NCBI GenBank assembly: GCA_964635715.1
Contig: CAZWNZ010000002.1
Span: 10,100-74,099, forward strand
Reading direction: 5' to 3'
DNA: 64,000 nucleotides
DNA from: an uncultured Gammaproteobacteria bacterium
GTDB taxonomy: Bacteria > Patescibacteriota > Microgenomatia > UBA8517
Shown here piece by piece: positions 9,477 through 18,369 of the stretch; the stretch's first letter is position 1; the number at the start of each line of letters is the position of its first letter. The translations under genes and the position numbers were made by a program. The notes under the pieces were generated by a model. It saw only the letters and a program-made list of their open reading frames with translations. It was not told where the DNA came from and did not search any database.

Positions 9477-9698
9477 TTATTTTTCGAGTATTTTTTTGAC
9501 GGAAGCACTCATTTGTGCTCCTGTTTTGGTCCACTTGCTGAGTTTTTCCTTGTCGATTTCCTTTATTTTTTTAATAGGATTCCAGGTTCCAATATATTCA
9601 ATAATACCGCCGGTTGTCTTTTTTCTTGAATCGGTAACAACAATCCTGTAAAAAGGAGCCTTTTTTCTACCGAATCTCGAAAGTCGAATTGTAACCAT
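9477..9698 (-). CDS. rpsP: 30S ribosomal protein S16
   Basis: MVTIRLSRFGRKKAPFYRIVVTDSRKKTTGGIIEYIGTWNP is the canonical S16 N-terminus. Confidence 0.9.
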   Translation of the reverse strand: MVTIRLSRFGRKKAPFYRIVVTDSRKKTTGGIIEYIGTWNPIKKIKEIDKEKLSKWTKTGAQMSASVKKILEK

Positions 9699-9705
9699 AT
9701 GGGGA

Positions 9706-10377
9706 CTATTGTACCTTTTTTGTTAGCACCTGGCAAGCAGCTTCCTGCTCGGCCGCACTTTTATTTTTACCCTCTCCCCTGCCCCAGGATTTTCCATTGA
9801 CAAGAACTTCTATAACAAACTTTTTGTTATGATCAGGTCCAGATTCCTCAACTACCTGATATTTAGGAGCACCATAGCCTTTAGCCTGCACTTCCTCCTG
9901 AAGTCTGCTTTTATAATCTTTTAGCGGTTTACTTGCTTTTTCAGAAGCACTTACAAGAATGTTTTCCTGGATAAACTTTTCCGCTTCTATAATCCCCTTA
10001 TCAATAAAAATTGAACCGATAATAGCTTCAATTGTGTCAGCCAACAGAGAAGGATTCGTTCTCCCTCCACCATCTTCCTCACCTTTTGACAAAAATAGGT
10101 AGGGTCCTATTTCCAGTTTGGTTGCAATTTCTGCAAGTGAAATAGTATTTACCAGATTTGCACGAAGCGCAGTGAGATATCCCTCTTCCTTTTCCGGATA
10201 TTGGTCATATATTGATTTTGAAACAACATATTCGAGAATTGCATCTCCCAAAAACTCCATTCTTTCATTGGAATTTCTTACACCTTTGTGCTCATTTACC
10301 CATGAACGATGCGTCAGTGCTTGATCAAACAGGTCAACGTTTTTGTAGGTAATTTTAAGTTTATCTATGTTTTTCAT
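9706..10377 (-). CDS. rnc: Ribonuclease III
   Basis: ERMEFLGDAILEYVVS RNase III signature plus a C-terminal dsRBD. Confidence 0.9.
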   Translation of the reverse strand: MKNIDKLKITYKNVDLFDQALTHRSWVNEHKGVRNSNERMEFLGDAILEYVVSKSIYDQYPEKEEGYLTALRANLVNTISLAEIATKLEIGPYLFLSKGEEDGGGRTNPSLLADTIEAIIGSIFIDKGIIEAEKFIQENILVSASEKASKPLKDYKSRLQEEVQAKGYGAPKYQVVEESGPDHNKKFVIEVLVNGKSWGRGEGKNKSAAEQEAACQVLTKKVQ

Positions 10378-10616
10378 TGTTGTTGGCTAAGTGAATCGAT
10401 AAGTTCGGAAAAAGTTTCTACCTCACTAAAATCTACACTTTCAGTGTCATAATTCTTGCTTGACAGTAATTGCATAAAATCAGTCAGATCAGATGCCTTC
10501 ATATGTAAGTCTTCAGTCAGTGAAAAATCATCTTCTATATCCTCAGGTTCTATTCCGAGAAAACCGGCAAGTATTTTTTTTACAGATTCTTTTAAATCGT
10601 TGTATTCCCTGTTCAT
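10374..10616 (-). CDS. Acyl carrier protein-like (PP-binding) small acidic protein
   Basis: 80 aa, acidic. The segment DLHMKASDLTDFMQLL resembles the ACP helix II phosphopantetheine attachment region. Overlaps nusB and rnc by 4 nt each. Confidence 0.45.
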   Translation of the reverse strand: MNREYNDLKESVKKILAGFLGIEPEDIEDDFSLTEDLHMKASDLTDFMQLLSSKNYDTESVDFSEVETFSELIDSLSQQQ

Positions 10617-10975
10617 GTTTCTTTTGGTTCCTCTTTGTATATTGTACCCAAAACTCCGTTGACAAAAGAAGGAGAAGATTCACTTCCAAATTCTTTTGCC
10701 AGTTCCACTGCCTCATCGATCACCACTTTAGGTGGGGTTTCTTCATTCTCAAGTTCATAAATTGCTAGCCAGAGAATTGCAAGATCTATTTTATTAAGCT
10801 TATCAACCGGCCATTGAGGTGCGGCTTTGGTAATAAGGCCATTTATGTTTTCCTTCTCCTTGAGTATTTTTTGAACCAATTCGGGAAGATTTGGTTGGGC
10901 GGTGTATGTTTCTGCAAACAACAACTTAATCGCCTCACGTCTTTTTAAATGTCGCGGATCGGTTGCGGTTTTCAT
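10613..10975 (-). CDS. nusB: Transcription antitermination factor NusB
   Basis: RRLAREA-like N-terminus (RREAIKLLFA) and a conserved NusB C-terminal helix set (VVIDEAVELAKEFGSESSPSFVNGVLG). Confidence 0.8.
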   Translation of the reverse strand: MKTATDPRHLKRREAIKLLFAETYTAQPNLPELVQKILKEKENINGLITKAAPQWPVDKLNKIDLAILWLAIYELENEETPPKVVIDEAVELAKEFGSESSPSFVNGVLGTIYKEEPKET

Positions 10976-11016
10976 GCACTAAGTATAGCTGTGACGAACT
11001 GTAAGTGGCAAGGGGA

Positions 11017-11175
11017 TTATTTGTATATACCGCAGTAGGGGCATGCACGATGGCTTTCTTTTAGTTTCTTGCAATTTGCACAAATACTCAAATTGCCAAG
11101 TTTTAATTTTGGCTGTCCTCCGCGCCTGATATTACTTCTACTCCTCGTGTGTTTTCTCTTTGGTAACGGTGTCAT
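11017..11175 (-). CDS. rpmF: 50S ribosomal protein L32 (not in the supplied ORF track; below its length cutoff)
   Basis: Hand translation of the minus strand gives MTPLPKRKHTRSRSNIRRGGQPKLKLGNLSICANCKKLKESHRACPYCGIYK*. This has the L32 N-terminus (P-K-R-K-x-S-R-S-R-R) and a C-x-x-C...C-x-x-C zinc ribbon. Confidence 0.8.
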   Translation of the reverse strand: MTPLPKRKHTRSRSNIRRGGQPKLKLGNLSICANCKKLKESHRACPYCGIYK

Positions 11176-11207
11176 AACGGTAATTATAATTTATATATTG
11201 AAAATTC

Positions 11208-13211
11208 TCAATTGGAAATTGTGTGTTCAATCATATGTTTTACCCAAGGGTATTTATTGGGGCTTTTAATGATATCGACAGCAGTGTTTTTTGCAGCCTT
11301 AATCAGTTCATAATTGTCCCAACTGGCGACTTTGAGTTCGGGGAATCCTGACTGTGCGTTTCCGAATATTTCTCCCGGCCCTCTTAGTTTTAAGTCAAGT
11401 TCAGACAGTTCAAAACCGGAGTATGTCTTTTCCATCGCTTTCAGCCTCGTGTACGCATGTCCAGAGTGGAAGTTACTAAAAAGTAGACAGTAAGACTGCA
11501 TATCACTCCTACCCACCCTACCGCGCAGCTGGTGAAGCCCAGCTAAGCCGAAGCGCTCTGCAGCCTCGATTACCATAATTGTTGCGTTTGGGATGTCAAT
11601 TCCCACTTCAACCACAGGTGTGGTGACCAAAATATCTATTTTTCTGCTTTTAAAATCGTCCAATACCTGATCCTTTTCTTGGGCTTTCATACGTCCGTGA
11701 AGAAGACCCAGCTTTTGATTTGCAAATGTAGATTTAAGGCGGTTAAATTCGGAAGTTACAGACTTTACATCCGCCAGTGTTTCGGATTCAGAATCTTCAA
11801 TTAGTGGGCAAACTATAAAAGCTTGAGCTTTTTGACCCACAATTTGTTTATTAATCCATTTATAAGCACCCGATCTTTTCTCTTCGGGAACAACCCAAGT
11901 TTTCACTTTTCTGCGGCCTTTAGGCATATCTTTGAGTATCGAAAGATCCATGTCCCCATATGAGGCAAGAGCAATGGTTCTGGGTATAGGAGTTGCCGTC
12001 ATTGTTAGTACGTGTGGTGTCCCCGATTTTTTAATTAGATGCTTTCTTTGTTCAACTCCAAAGCGATGCTGTTCATCAATTACTACGAAGGCAATGTTGT
12101 CAAAACTTACCTTGTCGTGTATTAATGAGTGCGTTCCTATAAAAATATCGCTTCTGCCGACCTCTATTTTTTTGACACTTCCGGTTATTAGTGAAATTCT
12201 AATGTTAAATTTAGCAAATATTTTTTTGAGAGTTTCATAGTGCTGATTGGCAAGTATTTGAGTCGGAGCCATGATGATACTTTGAAAACCGTTTGCAAAA
12301 GCCGCAAACATGCCGGCGGCCGCAACAACAGTTTTTCCGGAACCGACATCACCTTCAAGAAGTCTATTCATGGGCACATCCTTGACCATATCGGATAATA
12401 TTTCATTGATCGTTATTACCTGAGAATCCGTCAGTTTAAATGGCAAATCGCTTATGAACTTTTCCGTTAGTTTTTTATCAATTTTCAATTTATGGGCAAT
12501 TTTGTTTTTGTGCCAGTTAATTTTGCGGATCATGCTAGTTAACTCCAAATTCAAAAGTTCATTAAAAGCCAATCTTTTTTTACCTGTTTCCATATCGTCT
12601 ATTTTTTCCGGAAAATGAACGTTTTTAATGGAATCTCTGTAACCGGTTAGGGAATATTTAGTCAAAATGTCATTCAGCAAATATTCTTCTATAGTCGCAA
12701 TCGAAAAAGCGTCGCTGATTTTCCTGCGAATCCATTTTGATGAAAGTCCCGAGGTTTCGGGATAAACAGGTACGAGACGTCCTGTATGCATAGTGTTGTC
12801 TGTTTCCTCGACCATTAGTTCGTAATCGGGTGAAGTCAAACAAAGTTTTCTATTAAAAAATCCAACTTTTCCCGACAGAGATATTAAGCGTCCGGGATAT
12901 AATGTTTTAATTAGGAAGGGTTGGTTGAACCAAAGTACTGTGATTTTTCCAGTAGAATCCTCAACAGAACCAATTTGCATTTTTAGACCTCTTTTTGAAT
13001 AGATGTTTTTAAGAGAAACAACCTTGGCATGTATGGTGGATGTATCGCCTGCACGCAGATTTTTTATTGTAGTAATGTTTGAGTAGTCAAGATAGCGGCT
13101 GGGAACGTGATAGAACAGATCTTCAATAGTGGTAACACCAAGTTTCTCAAATTTTTTTGCAAAAACAGGACCAATATTCGGCAAATCGGAAATGCTCGAA
13201 TTTAAATCCAT
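11208..13211 (-). CDS. recG: ATP-dependent DNA helicase RecG
   Basis: Wedge domain followed by an SF2 helicase core (GDVGSGKT Walker A, DEQHRFG motif II). 667 aa. Confidence 0.9.
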   Translation of the reverse strand: MDLNSSISDLPNIGPVFAKKFEKLGVTTIEDLFYHVPSRYLDYSNITTIKNLRAGDTSTIHAKVVSLKNIYSKRGLKMQIGSVEDSTGKITVLWFNQPFLIKTLYPGRLISLSGKVGFFNRKLCLTSPDYELMVEETDNTMHTGRLVPVYPETSGLSSKWIRRKISDAFSIATIEEYLLNDILTKYSLTGYRDSIKNVHFPEKIDDMETGKKRLAFNELLNLELTSMIRKINWHKNKIAHKLKIDKKLTEKFISDLPFKLTDSQVITINEILSDMVKDVPMNRLLEGDVGSGKTVVAAAGMFAAFANGFQSIIMAPTQILANQHYETLKKIFAKFNIRISLITGSVKKIEVGRSDIFIGTHSLIHDKVSFDNIAFVVIDEQHRFGVEQRKHLIKKSGTPHVLTMTATPIPRTIALASYGDMDLSILKDMPKGRRKVKTWVVPEEKRSGAYKWINKQIVGQKAQAFIVCPLIEDSESETLADVKSVTSEFNRLKSTFANQKLGLLHGRMKAQEKDQVLDDFKSRKIDILVTTPVVEVGIDIPNATIMVIEAAERFGLAGLHQLRGRVGRSDMQSYCLLFSNFHSGHAYTRLKAMEKTYSGFELSELDLKLRGPGEIFGNAQSGFPELKVASWDNYELIKAAKNTAVDIIKSPNKYPWVKHMIEHTISN

Positions 13212-13216
13212 TTTAA

Positions 13217-13318
13217 TTAAGAGTAGATTATAAAAGGCAGGATTGCTCCCAGGATTAGTGCTATGCCTGCGATAATAATTACTACAGTAAATATTTTTTT
13301 ACCCTTTTTACTAATCAT
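13217..13318 (-). CDS. Possible 33-aa single-TM micro-protein (MISKKGKKIFTVVIIIAGIALILGAILPFIIYS)
   Basis: Its ATG overlaps the tyrS stop codon (ATGA), and its stop lies 6 nt before the recG ATG. The hydrophobic core is flanked by Lys residues. No homology assessed. Confidence 0.2.
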   Translation of the reverse strand: MISKKGKKIFTVVIIIAGIALILGAILPFIIYS

Positions 13319-14463
13319 TTTGCTTTTAGAAAAGTTCTGGAACCGACTTTTATTTCGTCTCCGGTTTTGACCTGATAGTTTGAATCATCGATCATTTTTC
13401 CATTTACGTCAACAGCTTTTTGTTTAATTAAACGTTTAGCCTCACTTTTGCTACCCTTCGAAGTGAAATCTACGATTGTATCTGTCAATGTTTTTCCGGC
13501 ATCTATTTTTATATTAAATTCAGGCTTTCTCTCCTGAAAAATATGCTCAAATTTACCCTGAGACTTAATTGCTGCGTCTTCTCCCCAAAGCAAACTAACT
13601 ACCTCGAGCGCCAGGTGTTTTTTCTCTGTCATCGGGTTTTTGTTTATCTTTTCCATGATTCCATCCAAAGGAAGTTCTGTGAGCAATTCAAAACCCAGTT
13701 TTATCACCTCATCGGGAAACGACATAATACCTGCGTAAAAATTTTCAGGCGTAGAGTCCAAAAATAGTGCGTTTCCTGTAGTTTTTCCGACTTTGTTTCC
13801 GTCTTTGTCTACTAGGAGCTTGGTTGTTAACACATACTTCTCCTTTTTGGCAACGGCATTCATCAGAGTTCTTCCTGCCATCATATTAAACATTTGATCA
13901 TTCCCCCCCACTTCCAGGTCCACTCCCATTTCGACAGAATCTTGGGCTTGAGCTACCGGATACAAAAATTCATGAAGATAAATTGGGGCATTGCTTTTGA
14001 GCCTATTTTGGAACATATCGCGTTCAATCATTTGTTGAACTGTGAAATTAGAGGTAATTTCGATAAGGTCTTTAAAAGAAATTTTATCTAGCCATTTGGA
14101 GTTAAATAATATTTTAGCGGGATTTTTTCCTTCAAAATCAAGAACCATGGCTGCCTGTTTTTTCCAGGCTTTGGCATTTTTCAAAACTTCCTTTCGAGTG
14201 AGTTTTTTTCTGGTGGCAAGTTTATCAGTCGGATCCCCTATCATTCCGGTAAAATCACCAACCAGGAAGATAACTTCGTGGCCTAACTTTTGGAATTGCC
14301 TAAGTTTCATTAAACCGACAAAATTTCCAAGGTGAAGTGAAGGAGCTGATGGATCAAATCCCTGGTAAAGTTTGATTTTTCTTTTAGACATCAAATTAGC
14401 CAGACCTTTTTTGTCAGGCAATACTTGTTGCACCCCTCTAGTTAAAACTTCATTGGTATCCAT
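13315..14463 (-). CDS. tyrS: Tyrosine--tRNA ligase
   Basis: HIGH-type motif (PSAPSLHLGN), KMSKS-like KVGKT, and a C-terminal S4 domain. Start is placed at MDTNEVL (14463) to avoid a 29-nt overlap with the downstream M20 gene. The ORF track extends to 14502. Confidence 0.85.
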   Translation of the reverse strand: MDTNEVLTRGVQQVLPDKKGLANLMSKRKIKLYQGFDPSAPSLHLGNFVGLMKLRQFQKLGHEVIFLVGDFTGMIGDPTDKLATRKKLTRKEVLKNAKAWKKQAAMVLDFEGKNPAKILFNSKWLDKISFKDLIEITSNFTVQQMIERDMFQNRLKSNAPIYLHEFLYPVAQAQDSVEMGVDLEVGGNDQMFNMMAGRTLMNAVAKKEKYVLTTKLLVDKDGNKVGKTTGNALFLDSTPENFYAGIMSFPDEVIKLGFELLTELPLDGIMEKINKNPMTEKKHLALEVVSLLWGEDAAIKSQGKFEHIFQERKPEFNIKIDAGKTLTDTIVDFTSKGSKSEAKRLIKQKAVDVNGKMIDDSNYQVKTGDEIKVGSRTFLKAK

Positions 14464-14473
14464 ATATTTGATT

Positions 14474-15577
14474 CTAATTGTTTGTTCCCATCTTATCAAC
14501 AAACAGCTTTAATCCATCACAGAACTTCAGACATGAACTAATGCTAATCCACTCATCTTCAGAATGGATTTCGCCACCAATTGGTTTAATCATTAAAATT
14601 GGAACCTTTTGCTTTCCAAAGTGGCTTGCATCAGAAGCTCCATATGTAGGCGTGATTAAAACCCTTGTTTTGTATGTTTTTTCTAAAGACTCAATAAAAT
14701 TTTTAACAATTTTTGAATTAGTATCGGTAAATGTAGGATCTGTCTGGGATAGAACATTGATAATAAGACAAGTGTCTGTTTCCTTTGCAAGTCTTTTAAC
14801 TGTGTTTGTAATGTTTTTTGCACTGTCAGTATCAGGGAATCTAAAATCAAGTTTCATACTTGCTTCATTACATACTTGATTGACAGATATTCCCCCATTG
14901 ATTTGGCCAATATTCATGGTTGTATTCCAATTCTCTTTTTTGCTGTTTTTTCCATAAATTTTGATTAGTTTACTAGCAAGAATTGTTAACGGTTCTATTG
15001 CATTTTTTCCCATCCATGGACGACTGGCGTGAGCTTGGGACCCTACTGATTTAATTTCCAACCAACAAACGCCCTTACTTTTGTTTACAAAATTTAAATT
15101 ATCGCCACCATCGGGAATAATTAGTGTTTTAGGTTTGAATCCAAGTTTTTCAACTAAGTAACCACATCCTTTACTTCCGTCAGTTTCTTCGTCGGTTGTT
15201 ATAACAAAAGCAAATGAAATATCAAATCTATTAGAAGCAACATAATTCACTAACTCAATTCCAATGGGAATTGAGAACTTCATGTCACTTACCCCGCGTC
15301 CATATATTTTGTCTTCTTTAACACATGTATCAAACATTTCGGGTTTTGCTGATACTACATCCATGTGGATCAAGTAACACAAATCTGGCGAAAGAATATC
15401 TTTATTGCCCGCAATAAGTATTTCAGTATCTTTATTTTGAAAACGCTTAATTAATAACTCTTTGGATAATAGTCTTTCAACAAAATCCAAAGCCTTAGAA
15501 TTTTCCTCTACATTTCCAGTAACTGTTTCAAATGCCACTAATTCTCTTAGTTGTTTTATAAAACTTTGTTTATTCAT
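14474..15577 (-). CDS. M20-family metallopeptidase (ArgE/DapE-like deacylase)
   Basis: H-x-D-V-V and GRGxxDxK metal-binding motifs, and an EETDGSKG catalytic region. N-terminus MNKQSFIKQLRELVAFETVT is typical. The ORF-track start at 15703 would translate a hairpin. Confidence 0.7.
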   Translation of the reverse strand: MNKQSFIKQLRELVAFETVTGNVEENSKALDFVERLLSKELLIKRFQNKDTEILIAGNKDILSPDLCYLIHMDVVSAKPEMFDTCVKEDKIYGRGVSDMKFSIPIGIELVNYVASNRFDISFAFVITTDEETDGSKGCGYLVEKLGFKPKTLIIPDGGDNLNFVNKSKGVCWLEIKSVGSQAHASRPWMGKNAIEPLTILASKLIKIYGKNSKKENWNTTMNIGQINGGISVNQVCNEASMKLDFRFPDTDSAKNITNTVKRLAKETDTCLIINVLSQTDPTFTDTNSKIVKNFIESLEKTYKTRVLITPTYGASDASHFGKQKVPILMIKPIGGEIHSEDEWISISSCLKFCDGLKLFVDKMGTNN

Positions 15578-15597
15578 ATTGTTAATGTCAACAAAAA

Positions 15598-15634
15598 ACC
15601 TCCTTGCGGAGGTTGATCTATTTTTCTTTTTTAA
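15598..15634. terminator. GC-rich hairpin (CCTCCTTGCGGAGG) flanked by T/A runs, between divergent genes
   Basis: aaaaaaCCTCCttgcGGAGGttgatctatttttctttttt. It looks like a bidirectional intrinsic terminator, yet lies between a minus-strand and a plus-strand gene start. Confidence 0.3.
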
Positions 15635-15774
15635 GCCACTAAATAGTCGCTCCGCGTTTGAGGAGGTCAAAATAGTGCCTGTACCAATTTTTCTGCATAA
15701 CATTTGTACTATAGCCTTTTGCCAACATATATGTCAAATTTGCCCATGTTTTCACAAGTTGGTACAATGAGGAC

Positions 15775-18369
15775 ATGTGGAAGGACAGAAGGAGAAAAAC
15801 TACTTGGAGAGATAGAAGAGTTTATGGAAAATCAGTGATTCGCAGCAGGAAATTTGCTAAATGGGCAAAAATAGCATTCTTTAGTGCAGTCGGCCTTTTT
15901 ATATTTCTTTTTTTTGTGCTTCCGCTTTTGGCATTTAACCTCCCCTCTCCTGACGAGATTGTAAGAACTGAAGGCTATTCGACTAAGATTTTAGATAGAA
16001 ACGGTAATTTGCTTTACGATATTTATGCTAGTCAAAACAGAACTCCGGTTAAGTTGGACAGTATTCCTCTATATTTGCGTCAAGCCACAATTGCTATTGA
16101 AGACAAGAATTTTTATAAACATCAAGGATTTGATCCAATTGGTATAGTCAGAGGTTTTTTGCGCATTTTTACTAAAGGTAGAATGGCCGGAGGTTCAACC
16201 ATTAGCCAGCAGCTGGTGAAAAATGTTTTATTGTCGAATGAAAGAACCATAATTCGTAAAGTTAAGGAATTTGTTTTAACTCTTCAGATAGAGAGAAAAT
16301 ATTCAAAAGATGAAATTTTACAGATGTACCTTAATGAAGCTCCTTATGGTGGTACTTCTTGGGGAGTTAGTGCGGCAGCGGAAACTTACTTTGATAAAGA
16401 TATTGTAGATTTGACATTGGTCGAATGTGCAATACTTGCCGGAATGCCACAATCCCCGTCAAGATATTCTCCATATTCATCAACACCGACCGCATACGTC
16501 GATCGTTCAACCGCTGTTTTGAGAAGGATGAGGGAGGATGGGTACATTACAGAAGAACAGGAGACAAGTGCAGTTGAGATGCTGCCCAATGTAGAGTTTA
16601 AAGAAAAAGGTGCTAGCCTTAATGCTCCCCATTTTGTTCAATATGTTGAAAATTTACTCATCGAAACCTATGGAGATGCCGTTGTCGAACAGGGAGGCCT
16701 TACTGTCACAACAACATTAGATTTAGATCTTCAGGAAGAATCTCAAAATATTATTGCGGAGGAAATAGCCAAAGTTGAATCGCAGCATATAACTAATGGC
16801 GCTGCTGTAGTTTTGAACCCTGAAACAGGAGAAATCTTGGCAATGGTCGGATCCAAAAATTTCTTTGCGGAAGATTACGATGGACAGGTAAACGTGACTA
16901 CATCTCTCAGACAACCGGGAAGTTCTTTTAAACCTTTTACTTACGTTACAGCTTTTAAGGAAGGTTACACACCGGCAACTTTATTAATGGATGTGCCTAC
17001 AAGTTTTCCGGGTGGAACAGACCAGAAAGACTACAATCCGGTAAATTACGATGGTAAATATGTGGGTCCTATCCAAATTCGCTACGCTTTGGCCAATTCG
17101 CGTAACGTTCCCGCTGTAAAAATGCTGGCAATGGTTGGAATTAAAGATGTTTTAGAAACCGCAACTGATCTAGGTATTACCACTCTTCCACCGACAGACG
17201 AGACTTTAAAAAGGGTTGGTTTATCCCTAACTCTTGGGGGCGGTGAAGTAAGATTGATTGATATGACTGCTGCCTACTCAGCTTTTGTTAACGGTGGTTA
17301 TCGCGTTGAACCTACGGCTATTCTTAAAGTGACTGATATAGACGGTAAAGTTTTGGAAGAAAACGAACCACAAAAAGGGAAAAGTGTGTTATCCGAAGGA
17401 GAGGCATTTCTTATAAGTAGCATTCTTTCTGACAATAATGCCCGTGCGGACACTTTTGGAGTCAATTCGTATTTGAATGTGGCCAATACTATGGCTAAAA
17501 CAGGTACTACAAACGATAAAAAAGATAATTGGACGATTGGAGGAAACGCGAACGCGATGGTTGGTGTTTGGGTTGGTAATAATGACAACAGTTCTATGTA
17601 TTCGGTAGCCTCCGGAATTAGTGGGGCGTCGCCAATTTGGCATAATGTTGTTTTGCAAGCATTAAAGGATAAAACGACCGTTTCTTTTTCTCCCCCAACC
17701 GATGTTGTACAGGCTACGGTTGACAGTGTTTCGGGCTATCCTGCCCATGATAATTTTGTTTCTAGGTCGGAATACTTTATTAAAGGTGCAGAACCTACCG
17801 GCACTGATCCGATCCATGTAATGTTGAAGGTTTGTAAAAGCGATGGAAAGTTGGCAACACCGAGTGATATTTCTTCAGGTAACTACGATAGCAAAGAGTA
17901 CTTTATTTTTAAAGAAGAAGACCCAACTTCCGGATCTTCCGGTCCCAATCGTTGGCAGGAAGCTATACTCAATTGGATGAATACACAGGTTGATTCTAAA
18001 TATCATCCTCCTACTGAATACTGCGGCACAAGCAATCCTTTGAGTGTCGAATTTAACGGTCCACATGATCATGACACTCTCTCTGTCGGAGACAAAACCG
18101 TCAGTTTTACTGCAAATTCTAATTCTGCAATTACTCAAGTGGAGTTAAAACTTAACGGCAGTAAGATTTGCTCGTTTAATAACGGGTCGAATAATTATTC
18201 ATGCAGTGTCAACTTTCCTTCAAACGGTATCTATACTTTGCAGGCTATAGCTATGGATTCGGCAAACCATCAGTCGGATAGAACTATTATAATCGGAGTC
18301 GGTCAAGCTTGGAATGCAACACCCACACCTTTGCTTACCCCAACCCCAACGCCTTCACCTACTCCTTGA
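15775..18369 (+). CDS. Class A penicillin-binding protein (PBP1A-type transglycosylase/transpeptidase) with a C-terminal extension
   Basis: GT51 motifs (EDKNFYKHQGFD, GGSTISQQLVKN) and a transpeptidase region (SSFKP-like SxxK, SRN, KTGT). About 200 extra C-terminal residues end in PTPLLTPTPTPSPTP. Confidence 0.85.
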   Translation: MWKDRRRKTTWRDRRVYGKSVIRSRKFAKWAKIAFFSAVGLFIFLFFVLPLLAFNLPSPDEIVRTEGYSTKILDRNGNLLYDIYASQNRTPVKLDSIPLYLRQATIAIEDKNFYKHQGFDPIGIVRGFLRIFTKGRMAGGSTISQQLVKNVLLSNERTIIRKVKEFVLTLQIERKYSKDEILQMYLNEAPYGGTSWGVSAAAETYFDKDIVDLTLVECAILAGMPQSPSRYSPYSSTPTAYVDRSTAVLRRMREDGYITEEQETSAVEMLPNVEFKEKGASLNAPHFVQYVENLLIETYGDAVVEQGGLTVTTTLDLDLQEESQNIIAEEIAKVESQHITNGAAVVLNPETGEILAMVGSKNFFAEDYDGQVNVTTSLRQPGSSFKPFTYVTAFKEGYTPATLLMDVPTSFPGGTDQKDYNPVNYDGKYVGPIQIRYALANSRNVPAVKMLAMVGIKDVLETATDLGITTLPPTDETLKRVGLSLTLGGGEVRLIDMTAAYSAFVNGGYRVEPTAILKVTDIDGKVLEENEPQKGKSVLSEGEAFLISSILSDNNARADTFGVNSYLNVANTMAKTGTTNDKKDNWTIGGNANAMVGVWVGNNDNSSMYSVASGISGASPIWHNVVLQALKDKTTVSFSPPTDVVQATVDSVSGYPAHDNFVSRSEYFIKGAEPTGTDPIHVMLKVCKSDGKLATPSDISSGNYDSKEYFIFKEEDPTSGSSGPNRWQEAILNWMNTQVDSKYHPPTEYCGTSNPLSVEFNGPHDHDTLSVGDKTVSFTANSNSAITQVELKLNGSKICSFNNGSNNYSCSVNFPSNGIYTLQAIAMDSANHQSDRTIIIGVGQAWNATPTPLLTPTPTPSPTP

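Noticed and set aside
11069-11269. ORF 11069-11269 (+), 66 aa
   Set aside because: It overlaps the bona fide rpmF gene on the opposite strand and has a low-complexity hydrophobic sequence.
16386-17658. Multiple antisense ORFs inside the PBP gene, and similar ones inside recG, uvrA, typA and the NHL gene
   Set aside because: Short, low-complexity ORFs embedded antisense in well-supported conserved genes. These are typical frame artefacts of AT-rich DNA.
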